Shown: positions 18,747 through 30,009, counted from the first letter of the stretch. The stretch is DNA of 50,956 nt from Patescibacteria group bacterium (GCA_018813815.1 JAHJAY010000027.1:1-50956); one strand, 5' to 3'. Translations and numbers: made by a program. The notes: generated from the sequence alone by a model not told the origin.

Positions 18747-19359
18747 GAAAAGAGATAATATTAATATTTTTTGAATCTTGCCGAATTTCTTGTAAAAATA
18801 CTGTCAGATCGTTTTTAGTGATTGCTTTAACCAGGGCGGTATATTGGTTACCCCGCTTAATTAATTTAATTAGCCGGAAAGACAGGTCTTCAGGTAAAGA
18901 ACCAATGTAATTTTTTTTAAAATGCAAAGTAATGAGACGTTTTTTGGGAACAATTTCCAATGAATTGCCGCTGGAGAGTTCTGCAAGTGTTTGAATTGAA
19001 CCCAGACGAACCAATTTGGTAGTTTTGGTTTTACCCGGTTCTTCTAAAAAACTTTGGCTTGAGTTTAGCAGGGCGGCTTTATGTCGATTACCTTGAGCCA
19101 GTTCGAGCCGTTGTAGATTTTTTAAGGCAATGGGATTATATTTATCAATTTGAAGCACTTTTTTATAGATTTGTTTTGCTTGTAGGGCTTGGTTGGTTTC
19201 AACAAGCGCGCGAGCCAGGCGATTTAGTGCTTCGGTATTGGCGGGCACCTGTTGTAAAATTTGTTGATTGAGTTTGACCGCTTCTTCCCATTGACCCGTT
19301 AAAGCCGCTTTAACCGCTTTTTGAGTGAGGTCTTTGAAAACTGCTGGATCCATTGGCAT
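18736..19359 (-). CDS. TPR protein with HIRAN-like C-terminal domain
   Basis: Two TPR-like repeats (WEEAVKLN, ALNRLARA, YKKVLQID); YIGSLP...GNQYTALV. Confidence 0.75.
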   Translation of the reverse strand: MPMDPAVFKDLTQKAVKAALTGQWEEAVKLNQQILQQVPANTEALNRLARALVETNQALQAKQIYKKVLQIDKYNPIALKNLQRLELAQGNRHKAALLNSSQSFLEEPGKTKTTKLVRLGSIQTLAELSSGNSLEIVPKKRLITLHFKKNYIGSLPEDLSFRLIKLIKRGNQYTALVKAITKNDLTVFLQEIRQDSKNINIISFPSH

Positions 19360-19420
19360 TAAACTTTATCGGCTTTAACAATTGATGTCAAGAGTGATTT
19401 GTTATGGTAAAATATAATTT

Positions 19421-20152
19421 ATGTCAGGGCATAGCAAGTGGTCGACGATTAAAAGGCAAAAAGGAGTCAAAGATCAAAAGCGTGGACAGTTGTTTACTAA
19501 AATGGCCAAGGCAATTTCGATTGCCGCTAAAGAAGGCAACAGCGGTGACCAGGAAACAAATTTTAAACTGCGGTTGATTATTGATCGGGCCAGAGCAGTC
19601 AATATGCCCAAGGATAGTATTCAAAAAGCGATTGATCGGGGTTTAGGCAAAGCTGGCGGCGGCGAACTAATCGCCGCGATTTATGAGGGTTTTGGGCCGG
19701 AGAAAGTTGGCATCATTGCTGAAGTGGTAACTGATAATAAAAATCGGACTGCAGCTGAAATAAAACATTTATTTGAAAAGGGCGGGGGAATCCTGGCTCA
19801 ACCCGGGGCAGTAACTTTTATGTTTAAGTCGATGGGAGAAATTGTGGTTTGTAAGAGTAAAGATCCTGAGGCGCAAATGTTGCAGATTATGGATTTGGAT
19901 GTTGAAGATGTTGAAGAGGTGGCTGATGGCCTTGAGGTCCACGTCAAGCAGGCTAAGCTTAATCAGCTTAAACAAGCTTTGGAAAAATTGGGCTTTATTC
20001 TTGAATCAAGCGAGCTGGTTTGGCTGCCTGTCGCCCAAGTGGCGGTAACTGAAAAACAGGCGAATAAGGTGTTAAACTTATTGGAACTTCTTGATGATCA
20101 TGATGATGTTCAACGGGTTTTTTCCAATATTGATATTTTGATTAATGAATAA
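19421..20152 (+). CDS. yebC: YebC/PmpR family protein
   Basis: MSGHSKWSTIKRQK, YEGFGP, TDNKNRT, DDDVQRVFSN. Confidence 0.97.
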   Translation: MSGHSKWSTIKRQKGVKDQKRGQLFTKMAKAISIAAKEGNSGDQETNFKLRLIIDRARAVNMPKDSIQKAIDRGLGKAGGGELIAAIYEGFGPEKVGIIAEVVTDNKNRTAAEIKHLFEKGGGILAQPGAVTFMFKSMGEIVVCKSKDPEAQMLQIMDLDVEDVEEVADGLEVHVKQAKLNQLKQALEKLGFILESSELVWLPVAQVAVTEKQANKVLNLLELLDDHDDVQRVFSNIDILINE

Positions 20153-20912
20153 GCGCTTAAAATTCATTTTAATTTCCGGTTTATTAAGTTTGGGTTTATT
20201 AACCACTCAATTTATTGATATTTCCTGGCGTTATTGGGCCATTTTAACTTTAACACCTTTAACTTTTGGTTTTTGTGTCTGGGGTTTGGTTGAGGATCTT
20301 AAGGGCGTTGAATGGTTGACTTTATTTATTTTACCGATTTACTATACGGTTTCAGTGGCTTTGTTTTACTTTTTACTGCCGGAAAAAATAATTACCCGGA
20401 TTTTTATTCTCAGCTTGTTTGGTATTGGTATGTATGCCTTATTGTTAACTCAAAACATTTTTTCCATTGCCGCGATTCGAACCATTCAGCTTTTAAGAGC
20501 GGCTCATGCGGTGGCTTTTTTATTAACTCTGGTAACCACCTTTTTTCTATTTGATACGTTGTTATCATTCCGCTTAAGCCCCTGGTTTAATGCCTTGTTG
20601 GCTTGGGTGATTGCTTTTCCCTTAGTTTTGGCTGGCTTGTGGAATATAACGCTGGCCAATAAAATTGATCAGGAAACTTGGGGTTATTCTTTAGTTTTAG
20701 CTTGGATTTTTAGCCAGCTGGCGTTTTGGATTAGTTTTTGGCCGTTATCTGTGGCCGGGGCTTCACTTTTTTTGGTAACCGCCATGTATGTCGGCCTGGG
20801 GATATTTCAGCATCATTTTAGCGGCCGTTTGTTTCAAAAAACCATTTCTGAATATGCCTGGGTTGGTGTAGTGGTTTTAATAATTACTTTTTTAACTGCC
20901 GGCTGGGGGTAA
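20145..20912 (+). CDS. Multi-pass membrane protein of unknown function
   Basis: About 9 hydrophobic helices; coupled to yebC. Confidence 0.75.
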   Translation: MNKRLKFILISGLLSLGLLTTQFIDISWRYWAILTLTPLTFGFCVWGLVEDLKGVEWLTLFILPIYYTVSVALFYFLLPEKIITRIFILSLFGIGMYALLLTQNIFSIAAIRTIQLLRAAHAVAFLLTLVTTFFLFDTLLSFRLSPWFNALLAWVIAFPLVLAGLWNITLANKIDQETWGYSLVLAWIFSQLAFWISFWPLSVAGASLFLVTAMYVGLGIFQHHFSGRLFQKTISEYAWVGVVVLIITFLTAGWG

Positions 20913-21073
20913 AAAGAAGCAGAATTGAAGGTTGTTATATTAAATATTTTGATGCTAATATGCAGTTAGCCTACAGACCATTAACTGTACAAGAAATGAC
21001 TGAAAATGGTCTTGTTTATTATGCAACCATAAATAACTTAACTCAAAATGGAGCCCTTGAAGGATTAGTTGAA

Positions 21074-21536
21074 ATGGATGAATCCCAATTAGGTCAAGAT
21101 CCAGAAGACAAAATTGAAAATGGCACGCCTGCGCCGCAGGAGCCTCCAGGGCCTGATCGGGAGCAGGCTGAAGGGGGAGCAAGAACAACCGAGGCCGCCC
21201 AGAAAGGTTTTAGTTGTAGAAGACTCTGAAAATTGGCCTGATACATTGTCCCGTTTTTTTACAAGTGAAGAAATAGAATTTGTGATTGTTGATAGTGTTG
21301 AAGCAGCTGAAGTAGCCTTGGCGGAGGGAGGCTTTACGGAGATTCTTACTGATGGTTTAGAAGGAGATTGGGTAGGCGTTGTAGATATCTCTGGGGATAT
21401 GCCCGTCAGGCTTTTAACAGCTCAATATAAAGATTATAAACCCCTTGCTGATGAAATGGGTATATCGATATTAGATAAATTTACTCTTGATTGGATGGAT
21501 GCTGTGCTTGAAGAACCGCTAGCTCAAACACCTTGA
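21074..21536 (+). pseudogene. Frameshifted receiver-domain (response regulator-like) gene
   Basis: ORF 21114-21536 has KVLVVED...EILTDG...LLTA...DK; removing one G of G5 (21173-21177) joins it to the upstream MDESQ... frame. Confidence 0.6.
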
Positions 21537-21655
21537 TAGTAAAAAAACTTGATCAATAGCCGGAGAACAGGGGAGGGGCAGTCTGGAATAAGTCCCATAA
21601 TAATGGATGGCCTATAGTAAGGTAGGCGAGTTTTCATGAAAATAAACGGCGACTT

Positions 21656-21684
21656 TTCACGAAACCCACATGGTTTGATATAGT
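21656..21684 (+). promoter_or_regulatory. Predicted sigma70 promoter for the structured non-coding region
   Basis: TTCACG (21656-21661), 17 bp, TATAGT (21679-21684) with extended -10 TG; predicted TSS ~21691. Confidence 0.5.
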
Positions 21685-21892
21685 TAAGTCGGTGGGTTTT
21701 CTTCGGGTCTTGTGGAAAACCTAATTGGGCTTAAGGGGAGAGATTTGGGGCTTGAGAAGTTAACCGGCACTATGGCGGCAAAGAGAAGCACAACTTCAGT
21801 CGAATACCTTATTTGATTTTAGTTAAATTGGGTTATTATCCTCCAAAAAGCCAATATCAATGGGGAGTCAGAACAATCTGGCTGTTATGACC

Positions 21893-21920
21893 TTGTCGCA
21901 CAATGATCCTTTTGCGACAA
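21893..21920. other. dif-like tyrosine recombinase site (11-6-11)
   Basis: TTGTCGCACAA-TGATCC-TTTTGCGACAA; arms are inverted repeats with 1 mismatch; CGCAyAA-TG resembles the E. coli dif XerC arm; next to a xer gene. Confidence 0.7.
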
Positions 21921-22237
21921 GGAACTGAAAAGTCAGGAGGAGAGCCAGGTTGTTCAGTTTTTACTTCATTGGTTTAGTATTGGTCCCCAGTTTCAGTTTT
22001 TTAAAAGCTGATTATTTGGCAGTTAAATTCCCCCAATTTGTTAATGAGGAAAAAAATCTCAAAAAACTCAAAATTTAAGCGAAAAGCGCTTTAAGAGGTT
22101 CATTGTTAATATCCGGTGTTTTTTAATTTTTAACATCGGGTGCTACTTATATCTATCGGTTTATTGCCAATCGGCCTTAAAACGCCGCTGGTAAAGCCCC
22201 TTCTCATGTATGTCGTACAATTCTAGTAGAAAAGACC

Positions 22238-22271
22238 AGAAATAAGGAATTAGAAATAAGGAATTAGAAAT
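22238..22271 (+). repeat. Tandem 14-mer (AGAAATAAGGAATT)x2.4
   Basis: Direct reading; sits between structural domains 1 and 2. Confidence 0.85.
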
Positions 22272-22422
22272 TATACTGCCAGCGCTTCTTTGGTTTTATA
22301 AACTAACACTAGTTATAGTGGTTTAACCAGGGTTTTACTCTGTAAATAGTGTTAAAATTAGTTAAGTTGAAAGCTGAAGATTCAGTTGATGGCTTAAGCG
22401 ATGTCTATAAAACAGAGTTTGC

Positions 22423-22462
22423 GTCGCACAATGTTGACAGTTGGTTATTAAAGTGTTAGCAT
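22423..22462 (+). promoter_or_regulatory. Predicted xer promoter with adjacent dif half-site
   Basis: GTCGCACAATG (22423-22433), then TTGACA (22434-22439), 17 bp, TGnTAGCAT (-10 at 22457-22462). Confidence 0.6.
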
Positions 22463-22697
22463 TATGTTTATGCAATCAGTTGATACAGGCTTAATTTTAA
22501 ACCGATTTTTACCCAGGCTATCAGGCCTTTTCTCCGGACAGGGTTTACGGGCTAATAGAAATTATAGGTCTTCTCCCCCACTCTACTATGGGATGCTATT
22601 TCACCCTCTGTTAGCCCCGAGAGTAATAAATCGTGAAAAAAGACTGATATAGCAACCTTTTATTATTTTTTTCATTTTAAGCAAAGGAGGAGATCGA

Positions 22698-23651
22698 GTG
22701 CTAAAGAAAAAGACGAAGAAAAGCCCAGGGTGGCCGATATTAATTAACCAATTTTTAGAACATTTACAGATAGAGCGAGGATGTTCAGTCTTAACGGTTA
22801 GAAACTATCGTCATTACCTTGAACGTTTTTACCGTTTCATTCAGAGAGAAAAACCTCAAATGCGGGTTTCTCAATTGGATCTGGCAATTGTTCGGCGCTT
22901 CCGCCTGTTTTTAGCTGAGTATGTTGACCGCCATGGTTTACCTTTGAAAAGAGTTACACAGGCTTATCATGTAATTGCCTTGCGGTCTTTTTTACGCTGG
23001 CTGGTTAAAAATGATATTAAAACCCTGGCGCCGGAAAAAATTGATGTACCCAAAGGTGAAAGTCAGTCGTTAAAGTTTTTGAGCATTGAACAAGTGGGGC
23101 GTTTATTGTCTCAACCGACATTGAGTAGTTTAAGTGGCTTAAGAGATAAGGCGATTTTAGAAACGCTTTTTTCCACTGGTCTGCGGGTATCTGAGTTGGT
23201 GGGACTCAACCGCGATCGGCTTAATTTTAAAACCAAAGAGGTTGGAGTGATTGGCAAGGGTGGTCGAGCCCGGGTGGTATTTTTAAGCAAGTGGGCGATT
23301 AAATGGCTGCAGCGCTATTTGCAGACTCGCGAGGATAACTGGCGGCCTGTATTTATTCGCTATTCCGGAAAAGTACTGGAAGCTAGTCAGGGTGAAAAAA
23401 TGCGTTTAACTAGCCGGTCGGTTCAACGAATTGTGGAAAAATATGTTAAACAAGCTCGTTTGCCAGTTAAAATTACACCCCATGGACTTCGGCATAGTTT
23501 TGCCACTGATTTGTTGGAGTCAGGCGCTAATCTGCGTGAAATTCAGGAAATGTTAGGGCATAAAAATATTGCCACCACTCAGATTTACACCCATGTGACT
23601 AATCGCCAGTTAAGAAAAGTCCACGAGGAGTTCCACTCTGGCAATCAGTGA
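22698..23651 (+). CDS. XerC/XerD-family tyrosine recombinase
   Basis: SAM-like N-domain; LFSTGLRVSEL, IGKG, HGLRHSFATDLL, LGH, TTQIYTH; AAAGGAGG RBS with GTG start. Confidence 0.96.
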   Translation: MLKKKTKKSPGWPILINQFLEHLQIERGCSVLTVRNYRHYLERFYRFIQREKPQMRVSQLDLAIVRRFRLFLAEYVDRHGLPLKRVTQAYHVIALRSFLRWLVKNDIKTLAPEKIDVPKGESQSLKFLSIEQVGRLLSQPTLSSLSGLRDKAILETLFSTGLRVSELVGLNRDRLNFKTKEVGVIGKGGRARVVFLSKWAIKWLQRYLQTREDNWRPVFIRYSGKVLEASQGEKMRLTSRSVQRIVEKYVKQARLPVKITPHGLRHSFATDLLESGANLREIQEMLGHKNIATTQIYTHVTNRQLRKVHEEFHSGNQ

Positions 23652-24262
23652 AATTGTTTTTCATCTTTAACGGTTGTAGCCGGTCCATGACCTGAATACA
23701 TCAGGGTTTTGGCTGGCAGACTGAGGATTTGTCTGATTGATTGTTGAATTTGGCTTTCATTGCCGCCGTCAAGGTCGGTCCGGCCCCGATCGCCATGAGC
23801 AAAAATAAGGTCGCCGGTAAAAATAAGCTTTTCTGCTGGGCAATAAAAACAAACACTTCCCTGTGTGTGACCCGGAGTATGGATAATTTGCAAGCTTGAC
23901 TCCCCTACCTTGATTTTTGCTTGGGGAACAAGGGAATGATAAACTTTTGGCGCCGGATCAACTTCCAATCCGGTAAAATATTTAGCCGTGCTTTGGGTGC
24001 GGGCCAAAATTTTCTTATCAGCCTGATGAAGATAAAAAGGCAGGTTAAAAGCGAGCTTTAATTCAGTAACAGCCAAAACATGGTCAAAATGGCCATGAGT
24101 TGCCAGAATTGCTTCGGGATTGAGATCTAGGTCTTGGATTTGGGAGATGATTAAGTCAGCATCATCACCCGGATCAATAATGACTGCTTTTCTTGAGGGT
24201 TCTGAGTAAAATAAATAACAATTGGTTTGCAGTTGACCAACAATTAAAGTTTTAACCGGCAT
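23645..24262 (-). CDS. MBL-fold metallo-hydrolase (glyoxalase II-like)
   Basis: TNCY, IDPG, THGHFDH, HTPGHT, FTGD, GHG; start ATG 24262. Confidence 0.92.
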   Translation of the reverse strand: MPVKTLIVGQLQTNCYLFYSEPSRKAVIIDPGDDADLIISQIQDLDLNPEAILATHGHFDHVLAVTELKLAFNLPFYLHQADKKILARTQSTAKYFTGLEVDPAPKVYHSLVPQAKIKVGESSLQIIHTPGHTQGSVCFYCPAEKLIFTGDLIFAHGDRGRTDLDGGNESQIQQSIRQILSLPAKTLMYSGHGPATTVKDEKQFH

Positions 24263-24908
24263 GGTACTTAAAGCCATTAGCCAGCTCGCGCAATTTGGCT
24301 TTGGGATTGTCGGCTTTGACGACAGCTGAAGCCAAAATAACGCCCTGGCCGCCAGCTCTAAGGGTTTTTTTAACATGATCTTGAGTGGAAATCCCTGCAC
24401 CAACAATTAACGGCTGTTTAATTATTTGAGCCAATTGTTTAACACTGGCCTCTTCTTCATCAATCATGCTAATTGTTCCGGCAATTAAATCCGCTCTTTC
24501 ATAAGCAATATAATCCGGTTGCCACAGAGTTACTTGTTTGGCCAGCTTAATTGTTTCGCAAATCACTAAAGTTTTTAGGCCGTATTTTTTAGCCATGTCG
24601 ATTGTTTGTTTTATTGTGTCTTTATCAACCGCATGTTCAGCATGATTAATTACTGCGCCCTCAGCTCCGGCCAGTTTAAGGCTGTAAGGCGAAATCCAGC
24701 CAAAATTGCGGCCCGGATCAATTGGATCAAGGTGTTGAGCCCAAACTTCAATTTTAAGCTCCTGCTTAATTCGGTAAATGTCAGTTGCCTGGGCACAGGG
24801 AATAATCGGCACGCCGGTTTCTTCGCTAACTTGTTTAGCCATGGAAAGTAATTTTATCACTGCTTCACCGCTGGCTTCTTTGTAAGTTTTTAATGATAAA
24901 AAGATCAT
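24252..24908 (-). CDS. tpiA: Triosephosphate isomerase, short archaeal type
   Basis: [33 protein letters not shown]; start likely ATG 24908 overlapping gyrA stop. Confidence 0.88.
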   Translation of the reverse strand: MIFLSLKTYKEASGEAVIKLLSMAKQVSEETGVPIIPCAQATDIYRIKQELKIEVWAQHLDPIDPGRNFGWISPYSLKLAGAEGAVINHAEHAVDKDTIKQTIDMAKKYGLKTLVICETIKLAKQVTLWQPDYIAYERADLIAGTISMIDEEEASVKQLAQIIKQPLIVGAGISTQDHVKKTLRAGGQGVILASAVVKADNPKAKLRELANGFKYHAG

Positions 24909-27505
24909 TTTATTTTTTTCTTTAAACAAGTGATTGCGGCCACTTGATTGTCTTTTTTGGCAAAGCGCATTAGAATTACTCCCTGAGTTGCCCGGCCAAG
25001 GGTGGGAATGTTTTTTAAAGGCAGTTTGATTATCTGGGCGGCTTTGGAGGTAATCATGATTTGTTCAACTGCTTGAGTGACTAATTTAGCGTCGGCAATT
25101 GAACCGGTTTTCTGGCTTATTTGTGCCACTTTAACGCCTTGGCCGCCGCGTTTTTGCATTGGAAAGCTTTTAATTGGTGTTCGTTTGCCCAAGCCATTTT
25201 CCGTGACGATCAGAATGTCGCGGAAATACTTTTTCCGTTTATCTTTTGGTTTAATTATAGCTTCAGAAAAAGAGATAGCGCTAACCACAAAATCATCAGT
25301 TTTTAAGCGCATGCCTCTAACGCCTTTAGTGCTTCGTCCCATGGACCGGACATTAGCTTCCTTAAAGCGGATGGCTTTACCCTGATGGCTAATCATCATA
25401 ATTTGATCATTGCCTGAAGTTGGCGCTACCCAGATTAATTCATCATTTTTTTCTAAACGGATGGCAATTAAACCATTTGAGCGAATATTGATAAACTGGG
25501 CGGTGAGGGTTTTTTTAACCGTGCCCTTTTTAGTTGCCATAATCAAGTGTTTGGGATGGGCATCGTGAGCTAAGGCTAAAACTGACTGAATGGTTTCGCC
25601 AGGTTCAATATTAATTAAATTGATAATCGCCTGGCCTTTGGCTTGGCGACTGCCCTGAGGCAGATCGTAGACTTTAACTTTAAATACCCGCCCTTGATTG
25701 GTAAAAAATAAAATATCATCATGAGTATTGGCGGCCAAAAGCAGGTTAACTTCATCGGTTTCCTTAGTTGCCATGCCGCTAACGCCTTTGCCGCCGCGTC
25801 TTTGGGAGCGGTAAGTGTTGCGCGGTATACGTTTTATATAGCCGGTTTTAGTAATGGTTACCAAACAGTCTTCAGAGGGCACTAAATCAATTTCACCAAT
25901 TTGTTTTAAACTGCGTTTGTAAATTTTGGTTCGGCGCGCGTCAGCATATTTTTCTTCTAATTGTTTTAATTCGGTTTGGATTACTTTAAGGATTTTGCCT
26001 GGATGAGTTAAGAGGTCTTCTAAATAAACAATCGCTTCTTTGATTAGCTGATATTCGTCTTCAATTTTTTGTCTTTCTAAAGCAGCTAGGCGGCGGAGCT
26101 GCATGTCTAGAATTGCCTGAGCTTGGATTTCAGTTAAAGCAAACTTTTTTATTAAGTTAAGTTTAGCTACCTCAGCATCTTTGGATTTTTTAATGGTATC
26201 AATGACCGCGTCAAGATTATCCAGAGCAATTTTCAAGCCTTCTAAAATATGGAGTCGTTGTTTGGCTTTAATTAATTCAAACTGAGAGCGTCGACAGACC
26301 ACTAGTTGACGATGTTTAACATATTCAACCAGGATTCGTTTAAGGTTTAATAATTGTGGAATACCATCTACCAAAGCTACCATATTGGCCGGAAAACTGG
26401 TTTGCAGTTCAGTGTGTTTATAAAGATTGTTCAGAATTGATTTGGCGCGGGCGTCTTTTTTAAGAAAAATTACTACTTGTAAACCGCGACGGTCTGATTC
26501 GTCTCGCAAATTACGGATGCCCTCAATTTTTTTCTTCTTAACTAAATCGGCAATTTTAATAATTAACCGGGATTTATTGACTTGATAAGGCAGTTCAGTA
26601 ACAACAATTTTCAGGCCGCCTTTTTTAGTTTCCACAATTTCGGCTTTGGCGCGGACAATAATTTTACCTTTACCGTTAGTATAAGCATCACGGATACCCT
26701 CAATGCCCCAAATTTCAGCGCCGGTAGGAAAATCCGGCCCCTGGATAAACTCCATTAACTCTTCAATGCTGACTTCAGAATGAAATTTACCCGCCAGGAC
26801 TTGAGGGGCGATTTTTTCCGGATCAACGATTTTTTCCGGTAATTTTTCATCAGCAACTACCTGACCTTTTTTAATTAAAAAATTAATTGCCTGAATAATT
26901 TCCGTTATATTATGAGGGGGAATTTTAGTTGCCATACCGACTGCAATTCCGTCAGCGCCCATTAACAATAGGTTGGGTAATTTGCCCGGTAAAACTGTTG
27001 GTTCTTGTTGGCTGCCGTCAAAATTATCAATAAATTTAACCGTGTCTTTATCAATGTCAAATAATAATTCATCCGTAATTTTGGCTAGTTTGGCTTCAGT
27101 GTAACGCATAGCCGCCGGACTATCACCGTCAACTGAGCCAAAGTTGCCTTGGCCGTCAATTAACGGATAACGCAAAGAAAACGTTTGAGCCATTCTTACC
27201 AGAGCGGCGTAAACTGCCATGTCTCCGTGAGGGTGGTATTTACCTAAAACCTCACCTACAATCCGGGCTGATTTTTTATATGAACTGGTGTAGCTTAGAC
27301 CGATTTCTTTCATGGCATAAAGAATCCGGCGGTGAACTGGTTTTAAACCGTCACGAATATCGGGTAGGGCGCGGGAAACAATTACGCTCATGGCATAGTC
27401 CAAATAGGATTTTTCCATTTCTTTGACAATTGGGGCGGTTTGGACTAAACCATAAGCGGTTTTTTTAATTGTCACTTCACCATTATCGTTGGTGTCTTTA
27501 TTCAT
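24905..27505 (-). CDS. gyrA: DNA gyrase subunit A
   Basis: [32 protein letters not shown] (catalytic Tyr), GyrA-box QRRGGKG, pinwheel repeats. Confidence 0.98.
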   Translation of the reverse strand: MNKDTNDNGEVTIKKTAYGLVQTAPIVKEMEKSYLDYAMSVIVSRALPDIRDGLKPVHRRILYAMKEIGLSYTSSYKKSARIVGEVLGKYHPHGDMAVYAALVRMAQTFSLRYPLIDGQGNFGSVDGDSPAAMRYTEAKLAKITDELLFDIDKDTVKFIDNFDGSQQEPTVLPGKLPNLLLMGADGIAVGMATKIPPHNITEIIQAINFLIKKGQVVADEKLPEKIVDPEKIAPQVLAGKFHSEVSIEELMEFIQGPDFPTGAEIWGIEGIRDAYTNGKGKIIVRAKAEIVETKKGGLKIVVTELPYQVNKSRLIIKIADLVKKKKIEGIRNLRDESDRRGLQVVIFLKKDARAKSILNNLYKHTELQTSFPANMVALVDGIPQLLNLKRILVEYVKHRQLVVCRRSQFELIKAKQRLHILEGLKIALDNLDAVIDTIKKSKDAEVAKLNLIKKFALTEIQAQAILDMQLRRLAALERQKIEDEYQLIKEAIVYLEDLLTHPGKILKVIQTELKQLEEKYADARRTKIYKRSLKQIGEIDLVPSEDCLVTITKTGYIKRIPRNTYRSQRRGGKGVSGMATKETDEVNLLLAANTHDDILFFTNQGRVFKVKVYDLPQGSRQAKGQAIINLINIEPGETIQSVLALAHDAHPKHLIMATKKGTVKKTLTAQFINIRSNGLIAIRLEKNDELIWVAPTSGNDQIMMISHQGKAIRFKEANVRSMGRSTKGVRGMRLKTDDFVVSAISFSEAIIKPKDKRKKYFRDILIVTENGLGKRTPIKSFPMQKRGGQGVKVAQISQKTGSIADAKLVTQAVEQIMITSKAAQIIKLPLKNIPTLGRATQGVILMRFAKKDNQVAAITCLKKKIK

Positions 27506-27513
27506 TTGTTATT

Positions 27514-27996
27514 TTATCTATATTTTTTTCTTGCTGTTTCAATTGATTTTTCTGCCACTGCCCTACTCTGCCAGTTTTTGAGCTTAACCCACTTACCTTT
27601 TTCCAATTCTTTATAGTGTTCAAAAAAGTGTTTGATTTTAGCCTTAATGCTTTCATCCAATTGGGAAATATCAGTCAGAGTGCCATAAAGCGGATCAATT
27701 TTTTCCTCCGGGACAGCAATGATTTTAATATCAATGCCGGCTTCATCTTCCATTTCCAATAAACCAATGGGGTGAGCCGGCAAAACCGACCCCGGAATTA
27801 CCGGATAAGAAGCGATGACCAAAACATCAACCGGATCCTTGTCTTCAGCTAAAGTTTCCGGAATAAAGCCATAATTAAAAGGGAAAAGCATGGCAGTGTG
27901 TAGAAAACGATCTACCGTAATTCGGTTGGTTTTTTTATCTAATTCATATTTAACTTGGCTGCCCTGAGGGATTTCAACTATAACATTAATGTTCAT
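27514..27996 (-). CDS. ppa: Family I inorganic pyrophosphatase
   Basis: [33 protein letters not shown]. Confidence 0.96.
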   Translation of the reverse strand: MNINVIVEIPQGSQVKYELDKKTNRITVDRFLHTAMLFPFNYGFIPETLAEDKDPVDVLVIASYPVIPGSVLPAHPIGLLEMEDEAGIDIKIIAVPEEKIDPLYGTLTDISQLDESIKAKIKHFFEHYKELEKGKWVKLKNWQSRAVAEKSIETARKKYR

Positions 27997-28041
27997 TTTG
28001 CCTCCATATTTAATCTAATTTAATTAATTAAAGCAATCACT

Positions 28042-30009
<1,968 letters not shown>

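Larger units (their letters stand above)
21691..22655 (+). ncRNA. Candidate large structured ncRNA or structured leader upstream of the tyrosine recombinase
   Basis: No credible ORF; three long nested stem domains (21747-22200, 22298-22471, 22517-22653) with +strand G.T wobbles. Confidence 0.55.

Noticed and set aside
22464-22652. 62-aa ORF upstream of the recombinase
   Set aside because: No RBS or recognisable motif, starts 1 nt after the predicted -10 box, and coincides with stem domain 3; a leaderless peptide from ATG 22470 is not fully excluded
21540-22697. Group I or II intron, RNase P, tmRNA or CRISPR as the identity of the non-coding region
   Set aside because: No GUGCG start or domain V, no ordered P7 elements (only scattered AGACT and GATATAG), no GAGGAAAGUCC, no tRNA-like ends, no repeat-spacer periodicity
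22698-23651. Prophage or integron integrase
   Set aside because: Length and motifs fit chromosomal Xer; no IntI-specific insertion, phage genes or cassette array nearby
21893-23651. Replication terminus inferred from the gene strand switch near xer
   Set aside because: Orientation flips again at 30774 and 42054 and skew follows the coding strand; needs the whole genome
24263-24406. N-terminal extension of the MBL hydrolase
   Set aside because: Lies inside tpiA in another frame; family start is at 24262
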